64,000 nt of DNA from NCBI GenBank assembly GCA_945862325.1, contig CAMAXZ010000012.1, positions 1-64,000 on the forward strand. Direction: 5' to 3'. The stretch is from Klebsiella pneumoniae. GTDB lineage: Bacteria; Myxococcota_A; UBA796; SXON01. Of the stretch, positions 9,218-18,543 are shown in pieces. The notes under the pieces were generated by a model. The model made no database searches, was not told the origin of the DNA, and worked only from the letters and a program-made list of their open reading frames with translations. Position 1 is the stretch's first letter. Every line of letters starts with the position of its first letter. A program made the translations under genes and the position numbers.

Positions 9218-10080
9218 GTCGCCCGTCCCGTGTCGCCGGCCTGTTGGGCCTGACCATGCTCGGCGCCCTGTCGATCCCCCCTGCGGTCGCCGCGGAGGAC
9301 GTCATCCCCGCGGGCGCCTACGTGCAGGTCACGAAGTTGGGCCGCCAGGACGCCTTCTGGCCCGACCGCAAGTCGATCGTGGGCCTGGTGTGCGTGGTGC
9401 GTGACCCGGGGCTGAACCGAAACAAGGCGAACCTGTACGGCGGCCCGGCGTATTGCAGCGACGGGCTCGACTACTACTTCTACCTCGCGGCCGTCACCCC
9501 GGTCTCCGCCGACATGGCGATCATGATGGGGGTGGGCGATCCGCCCCCGCAGAGCGACGCGCCGGACACGACCTCTGCCGCGGCCGCGCCGAGCCCGTGG
9601 GGCATCGGCGCCCGGGTCAAGATCACCGGCATCAGCACCGCCGACGCCTACCACAGCAGCGCCGGCAGCATCGTCGGCAAGATGTGCACCGTGAAGGACG
9701 GCGCCTTGAGCCCGACGGGCGACGGGTGGTGGGCCGGGTCCGTGAAGTGCGACGACAGCTCGGAGTACTACTTCTACCAGGCGTCTCTGGAGGGCGCGGG
9801 GTCGGGCGGCGGCGGCGTGGTGGGCGGAGTCGTGGGCGGCGTCGTGACGGCGGGCGCCGGGACAGGCGGCGGATACCCCGCTGGCCGCGTCGTGAAGATC
9901 ACCGCGATCGACGCGGGGGACTCGCTGTACCCCCAGCGCGACGCGCTCGTGGGCAAGACCTGCACCGTGGTCGAAGGTGGGCTCGTCACGACCGGCGTGG
10001 ACACCTACGCCGGCCGACTGTTCTGCGAGGACGGCAAGACCTGGCAGTTCTTCAAGGTCAACGTGGCGCAGGACCGCTGA
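9214..10080 (+). CDS. Secreted protein with three tandem copies of an uncharacterised ~65-aa two-Cys domain.
   Basis: ATG at 9214 overlaps the upstream stop (ATGA). Signal peptide MSRPSRVAGLLGLTMLGALSIPPAVAA. Three repeats share G.RV.IT.I...DA......IVGK.CTV.DG.L...G...AG...C.DG..YYFY.A. Confidence 0.6.
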   Translation: MSRPSRVAGLLGLTMLGALSIPPAVAAEDVIPAGAYVQVTKLGRQDAFWPDRKSIVGLVCVVRDPGLNRNKANLYGGPAYCSDGLDYYFYLAAVTPVSADMAIMMGVGDPPPQSDAPDTTSAAAAPSPWGIGARVKITGISTADAYHSSAGSIVGKMCTVKDGALSPTGDGWWAGSVKCDDSSEYYFYQASLEGAGSGGGGVVGGVVGGVVTAGAGTGGGYPAGRVVKITAIDAGDSLYPQRDALVGKTCTVVEGGLVTTGVDTYAGRLFCEDGKTWQFFKVNVAQDR

Positions 10081-11422
10081 GCCGCCAGCGGCCGTCGGCC
10101 TTCTGGAGCCGTACGCCCTCCGCCTCGAGCGTGTCGGCGTCGCCGCGCAGCTCGACGAGCTTCGCGCCCGTCGGGACGGGCTCGCCCACCCGCGCGACAC
10201 AGAGCAGGGGGAGCTTGCGCGCGTTGGTCTTCAGCTCGTCGATGACCGCCCCAGGGGGCTCGTTCGCGAGGGGGGCCTCGAGCGCCTCGACCCCTTCGCA
10301 CACGAGGCCGACCCGCCGGAAGCGACGCGCGGCGGCGGCGACGACCACCGGATCCGGCCGATCCGCCGGGAGCCGGTGCAAGGTCCCGGCGGCGAGCCCG
10401 TCGAACGTGCTGTCGGCGCGCGGCACGACGAGGAGGTCGCCCCAGGGCGCGAGCTCGACGAGGACGTCCCGCAAGAATCCAGGGCCGACCTCGGTCGGGA
10501 CCACCCACACCACCGGCACGTCGCCGAGCGCGGCGAGGCCGAACGCCCGCCCCGTCGGGGGCTCGGTGAGGGCGCGCACCCGCCGACGGGCCGCCAGCAA
10601 GGCCGTGACGCCCCACGCGAGCCCGACGGCGGCCGCCCCGAGGACCGCCCCGTAGAAGCCGGTGGTGAGCGTCTTCCCGCCGGTGCCCGCCGGGCCGCCG
10701 CTCCAAGCGCCCGACGCCGGCTGCAACGCGCCCGGCTGAGGCGGCGAAGCCGCGCCGCCCCCATTGCCCATCGGAGGCACGCCCGGGGCGGGGGCGCCGT
10801 CCTGGGGCGGGGCGCCCATGGTCTCGTAGCGGGTCTGGACGTCGAAGCCCTTGGCGTTGTAAGCGATGACCAGCGCCGGCGCGTCAGTGGTCGCGTCGAT
10901 GCTCATCGTGCCGCGGTACAGCTCGGGGGCCGTCTCCGAGCCGTCGTGCACCGTGACCGTGTACTCGACGGTCGGGTTGACCTGTGCCAACGCGGTCCAC
11001 GCGCGATCCCCCGCGAAGGTGTCGCCGTTCTTGCCGTCGTCTTCGAGGGGCCACGCGGAGACCTCGCCCGTGGACGCGACGAGCTGCACGACCGGCCGCG
11101 CGATCGTGCCCGCGCCTGCGGTGTCGTCGTAGCGGATCATCAGGCCGCGGCCGGACCCCGGTGGCGACGGGACGCCGGGCTGTCCGCCGGATGGAGGTTC
11201 GCCCGGCGGCGGCGGTCCGGGCGGTGGTTCGGCCCCGTCACGGAGCGGCTCACTCCCCGGCCCCGGAGCGCCGTCCGGCGGCGGCGTCCGCTCGGGCGCG
11301 GGCGCGCCCCCCTCGGGGGCCGGCTCCCCCGGACCGGGCGTGTACGGGTCGGGGCCCCCAGGCCCTGCGGCGGGCGGAGGCGTCTGAGCGTACAGGTGCG
11401 TCGTGAGCGCCAGGGCGAGCAT
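10058..11422 (-). CDS. Exported protein with a Pro-rich N-region, a single TM, and a cytoplasmic domain; function unknown.
   Basis: Signal MLALALTTHLYAQ, a long P/G-rich region, and TM GFYGAVLGAAAVGLAWGVTALLAA. Non-Arg-rich composition across ~450 aa. Confidence 0.55.
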   Translation of the reverse strand: MLALALTTHLYAQTPPPAAGPGGPDPYTPGPGEPAPEGGAPAPERTPPPDGAPGPGSEPLRDGAEPPPGPPPPGEPPSGGQPGVPSPPGSGRGLMIRYDDTAGAGTIARPVVQLVASTGEVSAWPLEDDGKNGDTFAGDRAWTALAQVNPTVEYTVTVHDGSETAPELYRGTMSIDATTDAPALVIAYNAKGFDVQTRYETMGAPPQDGAPAPGVPPMGNGGGAASPPQPGALQPASGAWSGGPAGTGGKTLTTGFYGAVLGAAAVGLAWGVTALLAARRRVRALTEPPTGRAFGLAALGDVPVVWVVPTEVGPGFLRDVLVELAPWGDLLVVPRADSTFDGLAAGTLHRLPADRPDPVVVAAAARRFRRVGLVCEGVEALEAPLANEPPGAVIDELKTNARKLPLLCVARVGEPVPTGAKLVELRGDADTLEAEGVRLQKADGRWRLSGPAPR

Positions 11423-11445
11423 GCCCGAAGCGTATCATCCCCCGA

Positions 11446-11994
11446 TCACCGGCCGATCCAGCCTCGCCACGGGTGGCGCGGCTCGCCCAACCGAAGCACC
11501 ACGCGCCCCTGCACCGCGTCGACGGGGAGCGGGCCCCACCACCGCGAGTCCACGGCCTCGTCGCGCGCGTCCGCCCCGAGGAACACGTGGTCGTCCTCCA
11601 CGAAGGTCTCTCCCATCTCCCATCGGACGGCGCGGTTCAGCCGCCGCACGAGGTGGTCCCCCTCACGGAGGACCACGTGCGTGTCGTCGCGTCCCATCTC
11701 GAGCACGCGCTCGGTCTCGACCGTGTGGAACGCGCCGTCCTCGTAGCGGATCGCGCCCCCGATGGCCTCCGCGCGACGCAGCGTCCATCGGGACGGGTCG
11801 AGCGGGTCGACGACCGCGACCACCTCGCCGACCCGCGGGGCCCCGCCAGCGACGAACACGACATCGCCCGCGTAGAAGCTCGGCGCCATCTCGTCGTCCG
11901 GGACGCGGGCGAGGCGCGGCGCGAGCGCGAGCGCGAGCACCGCCGCGAGGATCGCGACGGCCAGCGCGGCTCGAGCGAGGGGCGTGCGGACCAC
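11446..11994 (-). CDS. Signal peptidase I (S26) homologue with substituted catalytic dyad; likely an inactive pseudo-peptidase.
   Basis: Box E LGADARDEAVDSRWWGPLP is conserved (cf. GDNRDNSADSRYWG). Box B reads VPDDEMAPSFYAGD (cf. IPSGSMMPTL), so the nucleophile Ser is replaced by Glu. The general-base region reads TLRRAEAIGG (cf. YIKR), so Lys is replaced by Arg. Confidence 0.6.
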   Translation of the reverse strand: MVRTPLARAALAVAILAAVLALALAPRLARVPDDEMAPSFYAGDVVFVAGGAPRVGEVVAVVDPLDPSRWTLRRAEAIGGAIRYEDGAFHTVETERVLEMGRDDTHVVLREGDHLVRRLNRAVRWEMGETFVEDDHVFLGADARDEAVDSRWWGPLPVDAVQGRVVLRLGEPRHPWRGWIGR

Positions 11995-12077
11995 GCCCGA
12001 CCGTTATCCCGCGCGTACCGGTGTCGAGCGTGTGACGCGGGTGCGGACGCGTTAGCGCTCCGCCGGGGGGCGTCGGC

Positions 12078-12545
12078 ATGAACACCTACGTTGTGTCCGG
12101 GGGCCAGCACGGCATCGTGGGCGGACGCCCGTCGCCGGTCGTTCTGCGCCTGCTGCCCCGGGTCCCGCACCCGCCGGCCCGCATCGGACTCGCGGGCGCC
12201 GGCGCCGAAGCCGAAGCCGAAGCGCTGCGCGCGCGCGGCTACGCCGTCGTCCGCGGCGCCGACGCGTGGGAGACATGGTTGGCCGAAGGCTTCCCCGGCC
12301 CGGTCGACGCCGTGTGCGAGGTCGGGATGGCGGACGCGATCCCCGCGGCGCGCCTGCCGGAGTGGGCCGCGCGCGTGTCCCGGGCCTTGCCGCCCGGCGG
12401 TCGGCTGTTCGGGGGCTTCAGCCTGAGCGCCGGTGAGCTCGGCGCGCTGCTGCGGGAATTCGACTTCGAGAGCGCCGAACCTTCCGCCTTCGGGGGCGCC
12501 GCGCACGGACGGCCGCTCCTCGAGGTGGTCTGCGTCCGGCGCTGA
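12078..12545 (+). CDS. Hypothetical protein; possibly a degenerate methyltransferase-like fragment (PGGRLFGGF).
   Basis: ORF ends 2 nt before the ABC ATPase start. Composition is plausible but no firm homology. Confidence 0.35.
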   Translation: MNTYVVSGGQHGIVGGRPSPVVLRLLPRVPHPPARIGLAGAGAEAEAEALRARGYAVVRGADAWETWLAEGFPGPVDAVCEVGMADAIPAARLPEWAARVSRALPPGGRLFGGFSLSAGELGALLREFDFESAEPSAFGGAAHGRPLLEVVCVRR

Positions 12546-12546
12546 C

Positions 12547-13505
<959 letters not shown>

Positions 13506-13509
<4 letters not shown>

Positions 13510-15617
13510 GCGCCCTGCTCCTCGGCTTCGCGCTCTGCGGTGCGGCGAGCGCCGCGGAGGTCACGATCTGGCACGCGTACCGGGGCGACGAGCGCGCGGC
13601 GCTCGAGTCGCTCGCGGAGCGCTACACGCGCGCGCACCCTCAAACGCAGGTCGTCCCCGTGTTCGTGCCCTATGGCGAGCTCGGCAACAAGGCGGAGACC
13701 GCCGTGCCCCGGGGGAACGGCCCCGACCTCTTCGTGTACGCGCACGAGCGCCTCGCCGACTGGGCGACCATGGGGGTGGTGCTGCCGGTGACGCCCGCGA
13801 CGACGGGCCTCGAACCTGGCTTCCTCCCCCTGGCCACGGACGCGCTGACCCACGACGGATCCGTGTGGGGTTGGCCGCTCGCGGCGAAGTGCCTCGCGTT
13901 GTTCTGGAACCGCGCCCTCGTCGACGGCCCCCCGGCGGACACCGACGCGCTCGTGGCGCGGGCGAGCGCGCTCACCGAAGGCGAGCGCTTCGGCCTCGTG
14001 TACGAGGTCGCCAGCGCGTACACCGCCGCCGCGTGGATGCACGGCTTCGGCGGCGGGGTGTTCGGCCCTGACGGCGCGGTGGCCCTCGACCGGACCGAGA
14101 ACCGCGACGCGCTCGCGTTCGTGGCACGCCTCGCGGGGATCGTCCCACCCGACACCAACGGCGCGATGGTGACGGAGCTGTTCAACGCGGGGCGCGCCGC
14201 CTACGTCATCAATGGGCCGTGGTTCCTCGGGGACGTGGCCCCGGGGGTCGACTACGGCGTGGCCCCCTTGCCCACCGTCCGCGAGACCGGACGGCCCGCG
14301 GCCCCGTATGCGACGGTAGAAGCCATTTTTCTCGCCCGTGAAGGGGCCGACGCGCGCGCCGTCGGCGCGTGGCTCGCCGGCCCCGAGGCCGCGGCCGTCC
14401 GCGCCGCCCAGGGCCGACAGCTCGTGGCGCGCCGCGACGTCGTCCCGGACGACCCCGCGCTCCGCGCGTTCCACGCCCAGCTCGCCACCGCCGTGCCGAT
14501 GCCGACCGACCCGGCGATGGCCCGCACCTGGGAGCCGCTCGCGCGCGCCCTGCGACGGCTCGTGCGCGGGGTGGTTCCCCCGAGCGTGGCCCTCGCCGAA
14601 GCGGCCTCGCACTACGCCGTGATCACGCGCCCGCCGGCGCCGCCCGCCGACCCGCGCCCGTGGCTCGCCGCGGCGGGCCTCGCGGCCGTCGCTGGCGTGG
14701 TGTGGGCGGCTCGGGAGCTGCGCGGGGTGCGCCTCCGGGACGCGGCAGCCGCGTGGGCGTGGGTGGCGCCATCGGCGCTGGCGCTGACGACCCTCGTCAT
14801 CGGCCCGTTCGTGGTGGGCGCCGCGGTGTCCCTCTTCGAGACGCAAGGGAACACCTGGCACTTCACGGGCGTGACGCATTTCCTCGACATCCTCCTCGCC
14901 CGCGACTTCCCGCTCTCGAGCCCCCTCTCCTTCTGGTACACCCTCGCCGTCACCCTGCTTTGGACCTCGGTGAACCTCGTGTGTCACGTCGGCGTCGGCA
15001 TGGCCCTCGCCATGCTGCTGCGCGAGCCCTGGGTTCGGCTGCGAGGGGTGTTCCGGGCCGTGCTGATCCTCCCGTGGGCGATCCCGAGCTACATCACCGC
15101 GCTGGTGTGGAAGGGAATGTTCCACCGCCAGTTCGGAGCGATCAACGGCCTCCTCTCCCTCGTCGGCGTCGAGCCGGTGAGCTGGTTCGAGCGCTTCGCC
15201 ACGGCCTTCGCCGCCAACGTGATCACCAACACCTGGCTCGGCTTTCCGTTCATGATGGTCGTGACGCTGGGCGCCCTCCAGTCGATCCCGCGCGACCTCG
15301 AGGAGGCCGCCGCGGTCGACGGCGCGAACGGCTGGACGCGGTTCCGGCACGTCACGCTGCCCTTGCTGCTGCCCGCCCTCGCGCCGGCCGTCGTACTCGG
15401 CAGCGTGTGGACCTTCAATGCCTTCAACGTCATCTATCTCGTGAGCGGCGGCGAGCCGGACGGGACCACCGACATCCTCGTGAGCCAGGCGTACCGATGG
15501 GCGTTCACGCGGGGTCACCGTTACGGATACGCCGCCGCCTACGCCGTGATCATCTTCGGCGTGCTCGTGTTGTGGGGGCAGCTCTCGAACCGCCTGCTCG
15601 GCAAGCGGGTGCTCTGA
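13506..15617 (+). CDS. Fusion of a MalE-like periplasmic sugar-binding protein (N-terminal, signal peptide) to a MalF-like ABC permease (C-terminal, EAA motif).
   Basis: One continuous frame (ORF 12687..15617). N-terminal MSALLLGFALCGAASAAEVTIWHAYRGDE...GPDLFVYAHERLADW is MalE-like. C-terminal multi-TM region has the EAA loop DLEEAAAVDGANGWTRFRHVTLPLL. GTG at 13506 overlaps the upstream TGA. Confidence 0.8.
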
Positions 15618-16465
15618 TGCGCGCGCCCTCCACCGTCCAGGTCGTCGCCGTTCACGCCGGGCTCGCGCTCGCGTCGATCGTCACGCTGCTCCCCGTCTTG
15701 TGGGTGCTGAAGATGGCGCTCGAACCAGGGCAGTCCTTCAGCTCGAGCGCGCTGCCGTTCCCCACCGCCGTGAGCGGCGCCAACTTCGCCCACGTCGTGG
15801 GGACGCAGAGCGCCGACGGGACGTGGCTCTTCGGGCGTCAGCTCTTCAATTCCCTGGTCGTGAGCTCGGTCACGTCCGTCGTCGGCGTCGCGATCTCCTG
15901 CACCGCCGGGTACGCCCTCAGCCGGTGGAGCTTCGCCGGCCGCGAGCGCCTGCTCGGCGCGTACCTGCTGACGCAGATGTTCCCCGCCGTCGTCATGGCG
16001 ATCCCGCTCTACCTCCTCCTCGACGCGTTGAACCTGCTCGACACCCTCGCCGGGCTCGTACTGGTGTACTCGACGACCACCATCCCCTTCGCGACGTGGA
16101 ACCTCAAGGGCTACTTCGACACCCTCCCGCGCGAGCTCGAAGAGGCCGCACGCATGGACGGTGCCGACCGTTGGACCACGTTCACCCTCGTCATGTTGCC
16201 GCTCGCCCGCCCGGCGCTCGCCGTCACGACGCTGTTCGCGTTCATGACCGCGTGGAACGAGTTCATCCTCGCCGCGACGCTGATGGGCGACGAGCGGAGC
16301 TACACGCTCCCGGTCGTCCTCAACGGCTACGTCGGCGAGTTCGGCGCGGAGTGGGGGCACTTCGCGGCGGCGGCCCTGCTCGTCAGCCTGCCGGTCACCG
16401 CGCTGTTCTTCGTCTTGCAGCGCCAGCTCGTCGAAGGGCTCACGGCAGGCGGGGTCAAGGGGTAG
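15617..16465 (+). CDS. ABC transporter permease (MalG type).
   Basis: EAA motif ELEEAARMDGADRWTTFTLVMLPL and six TM segments. ATG overlaps the upstream TGA. Confidence 0.85.
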   Translation: MRAPSTVQVVAVHAGLALASIVTLLPVLWVLKMALEPGQSFSSSALPFPTAVSGANFAHVVGTQSADGTWLFGRQLFNSLVVSSVTSVVGVAISCTAGYALSRWSFAGRERLLGAYLLTQMFPAVVMAIPLYLLLDALNLLDTLAGLVLVYSTTTIPFATWNLKGYFDTLPRELEEAARMDGADRWTTFTLVMLPLARPALAVTTLFAFMTAWNEFILAATLMGDERSYTLPVVLNGYVGEFGAEWGHFAAAALLVSLPVTALFFVLQRQLVEGLTAGGVKG

Positions 16466-17531
16466 CGTCTCGTAGCGGGCGCGCGCAGCGGAAGCCGATG
16501 CCGTTGCTCGTCGCCCACTCGGGCTCCGGCCACCGGTCGAACGTTCGGAGGCGGGCCGCGCCCTGCGCCCAGTTGCCGCCGCGCGCGACGCAGGCGACGT
16601 AGCGGCCGACGCCGTCGTCGAACTCGACCGGGCCGTCGGGGCCGGTCGGGTCTACCGCGCCCGCTTCGGAGTACGCCGTGGGCGAGAACCAATCGGCCAC
16701 CCACTCCGACACGTTGCCGGCCATCCCGACCGCCCCGTACACGGACACGTTGTCGAGGAGCGCGTCGACCTCGACGGTCAGGGGGTAGCAGAGCTCCGCG
16801 TCGATCCCCGTGGACGGCTCCACCCGCGCGAACGCGGCGCGCTCGCACCCCGGCGGCGCTTCGCCCCAGGGCCAGGTCGCGCCGTCGGTGCCACGGGCGG
16901 CCTTCTCCCACTCCGCCTCCGTGGGCAGGCGCTTGCCGAGCCAGGCGCAGTAGGCCTCGCCCGAGTGCTCCCACACCTCGGTGACCGGGTGGCCCGCGTA
17001 CAGGGGGTCGAGCGTCCACACGCCGTCGTCGTAGGCGTAGGCCGACGGATAGACGTCGGGGGACACGGCGTCGTCGAGGCTGTACAGCCCGAGGCCGAGG
17101 TCGTCGGTGTTCGAGGAGCCGCGCGCTTCCTGGTGCTCGAGGAACCGCAAGAACGCGTCGTGCGTGACCTCGAACCGATCGACGCAGTAGGTGGAGAGCT
17201 CGACCTCGCGCGCCGGCTCCGCCCAGCGTTCGCCGTCTTGCCCTTGCAGAAACGACCCGGTGGGTACGAGCACCTCGGTGTCCGGGTTGACGTCCGGGTC
17301 GGTGTCGTCGCAGTCGGCGCGCGCGGCGTCCCCGACGCCGGTCCACGCGGGGGCGCCATCGCCGTCTGCGTCGACGGGCGCCGCGTCCCCCGTCTCCCCG
17401 GCGGTGTCCGTGCTCCCCGGCTCGGCGCCGGCGCACGCGGAGAGCGACAGGAAGACGACGACCGAGGGACGCAAATGGACGCCGGGGTGCAACGCGAGTG
17501 TACGGCCGGCCTCGCCTCGGGCGCAAGGCAT
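16455..17531 (-). CDS. Formylglycine-generating-enzyme (FGE/SUMF1)-like lipoprotein with one N-terminal MopE-like CDDxDxxVNP motif.
   Basis: Lipobox VVVFLSLSAC. FGE-like segments TGSFLQG...VELSTYCVDRFEVTHDAFLRF, RLPTEAEWEKAARGTDG, MAGNVSEWVADWF, VARGGNW and IGFRCAR. Motif CDDTDPDVNP near the N-terminus. Confidence 0.7.
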   Translation of the reverse strand: MPCARGEAGRTLALHPGVHLRPSVVVFLSLSACAGAEPGSTDTAGETGDAAPVDADGDGAPAWTGVGDAARADCDDTDPDVNPDTEVLVPTGSFLQGQDGERWAEPAREVELSTYCVDRFEVTHDAFLRFLEHQEARGSSNTDDLGLGLYSLDDAVSPDVYPSAYAYDDGVWTLDPLYAGHPVTEVWEHSGEAYCAWLGKRLPTEAEWEKAARGTDGATWPWGEAPPGCERAAFARVEPSTGIDAELCYPLTVEVDALLDNVSVYGAVGMAGNVSEWVADWFSPTAYSEAGAVDPTGPDGPVEFDDGVGRYVACVARGGNWAQGAARLRTFDRWPEPEWATSNGIGFRCARPLRDATP

Positions 17532-17569
17532 CGGGCGCCACCATCTGCCCGGCGCGATAGGCCGACCCG

Positions 17570-18058
17570 ATGAACACCCGCGAGCTCCCCGTCACCGTGG
17601 CCGTCGAACGCCCCGACGGCTCCATCGAACACGTCCGCGTCGGCACCGCCGTCCAGGAAGCCGACGGCTTTCGCCTGTCCTTCGGCGACCTTCGAATCGG
17701 CGGCGAGGCCGTGGCCCGCCGACCCGCGCCCGCCCGCGCGCCCGCCGGCGGCGGCGGCGGCGAACAATTCTTCCCCAACTACGGCCGCAGCAAGGGTGGC
17801 CCGATCGAGGGCGCCTCCCTCGATGACCTCGAATTCTACGCGCGCGGGTGCCGCCGCACGCTCGACGACGCTGCCAAGAGCCGCTGGCACGACAAGGAGC
17901 GCGCGCTCCTCGCGGCGATCGAGGCAGAGATCGCGCGACAGGGCGGCGGGGGCGGCGGCGGCGAGCGTCCGCAGGCCCGCGGACCGAGCGCGTGGCAGGC
18001 CGGCCCGCCTCCGGACGACTTCGCGCCGCCGCCGTCGGACGACGACATTCCGTTCTGA
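17570..18058 (+). CDS. Hypothetical 162-aa protein with two Gly-rich low-complexity linkers and an SSB-like acidic C-terminal tip ...PPPSDDDIPF.
   Basis: Clean ORF between two minus-strand genes. C-terminus DDDIPF is identical to the conserved SSB tail. No OB fold is evident in the N-terminal region. Confidence 0.55.
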   Translation: MNTRELPVTVAVERPDGSIEHVRVGTAVQEADGFRLSFGDLRIGGEAVARRPAPARAPAGGGGGEQFFPNYGRSKGGPIEGASLDDLEFYARGCRRTLDDAAKSRWHDKERALLAAIEAEIARQGGGGGGGERPQARGPSAWQAGPPPDDFAPPPSDDDIPF

Positions 18059-18066
18059 GGGGGGCG

Positions 18067-18543
18067 CTACCCCGCTCGCAGCGTCGCCGACAACAACCGG
18101 TGCGCGCGGTCCTTCGGGAGCAACCCCTCTCGCACGAGCGCCCGGGCGGCGCGCGCCCGCTCCTCGCGGCTGACGCCGGGCCAGAGATCGGCGTCCACGG
18201 GGATCGGGCGGACGTCGGGCGGGGCCTCACCGTAGCGCTCGAGGATCTCCCGGGCGAGCTGGTCGAGCTCGGCGTCGAGCGGCCCCGCGCCCTCCTCCGG
18301 CACGGCGGGTGGCACCGTCCCCGCCGCCCGGAGTCCTCGCGACCGCTCGTCGTCGTCGAGGAGCGCCGCCACGGCGCGCGACCACACCTCGCGCTCCGCC
18401 CCCGACGCCGCGCGCCGCGCCGCCACCTGGACCGGCGGCCCCGCCGCGAGCCGCCCGGCCCAGTCGGACACCACGGGGCCCACCCCGTAGAACCACGCGG
18501 CCCCGAGCGCCACCACCAGGCCGGCGCGCGCCCCCGGGCTCAT
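18067..18543 (-). CDS. Hypothetical membrane-anchored protein, translationally coupled to the upstream large membrane protein.
   Basis: Internal ATG (MSPGARAGLVVALGAAWFYGV) overlaps the stop of the 18540..20651 gene (ATGA). N-terminal TM. Confidence 0.45.
   Translation of the reverse strand: MSPGARAGLVVALGAAWFYGVGPVVSDWAGRLAAGPPVQVAARRAASGAEREVWSRAVAALLDDDERSRGLRAAGTVPPAVPEEGAGPLDAELDQLAREILERYGEAPPDVRPIPVDADLWPGVSREERARAARALVREGLLPKDRAHRLLSATLRAG

Noticed and set aside
16327-18230. Minus-strand ORFs 16327..17778 and 16778..17890 and the plus ORFs 16965..17573 and 17191..17826.
   Set aside because: All are Arg/Pro-rich alternate frames over the FGE-like gene and the DDDIPF-protein gene.
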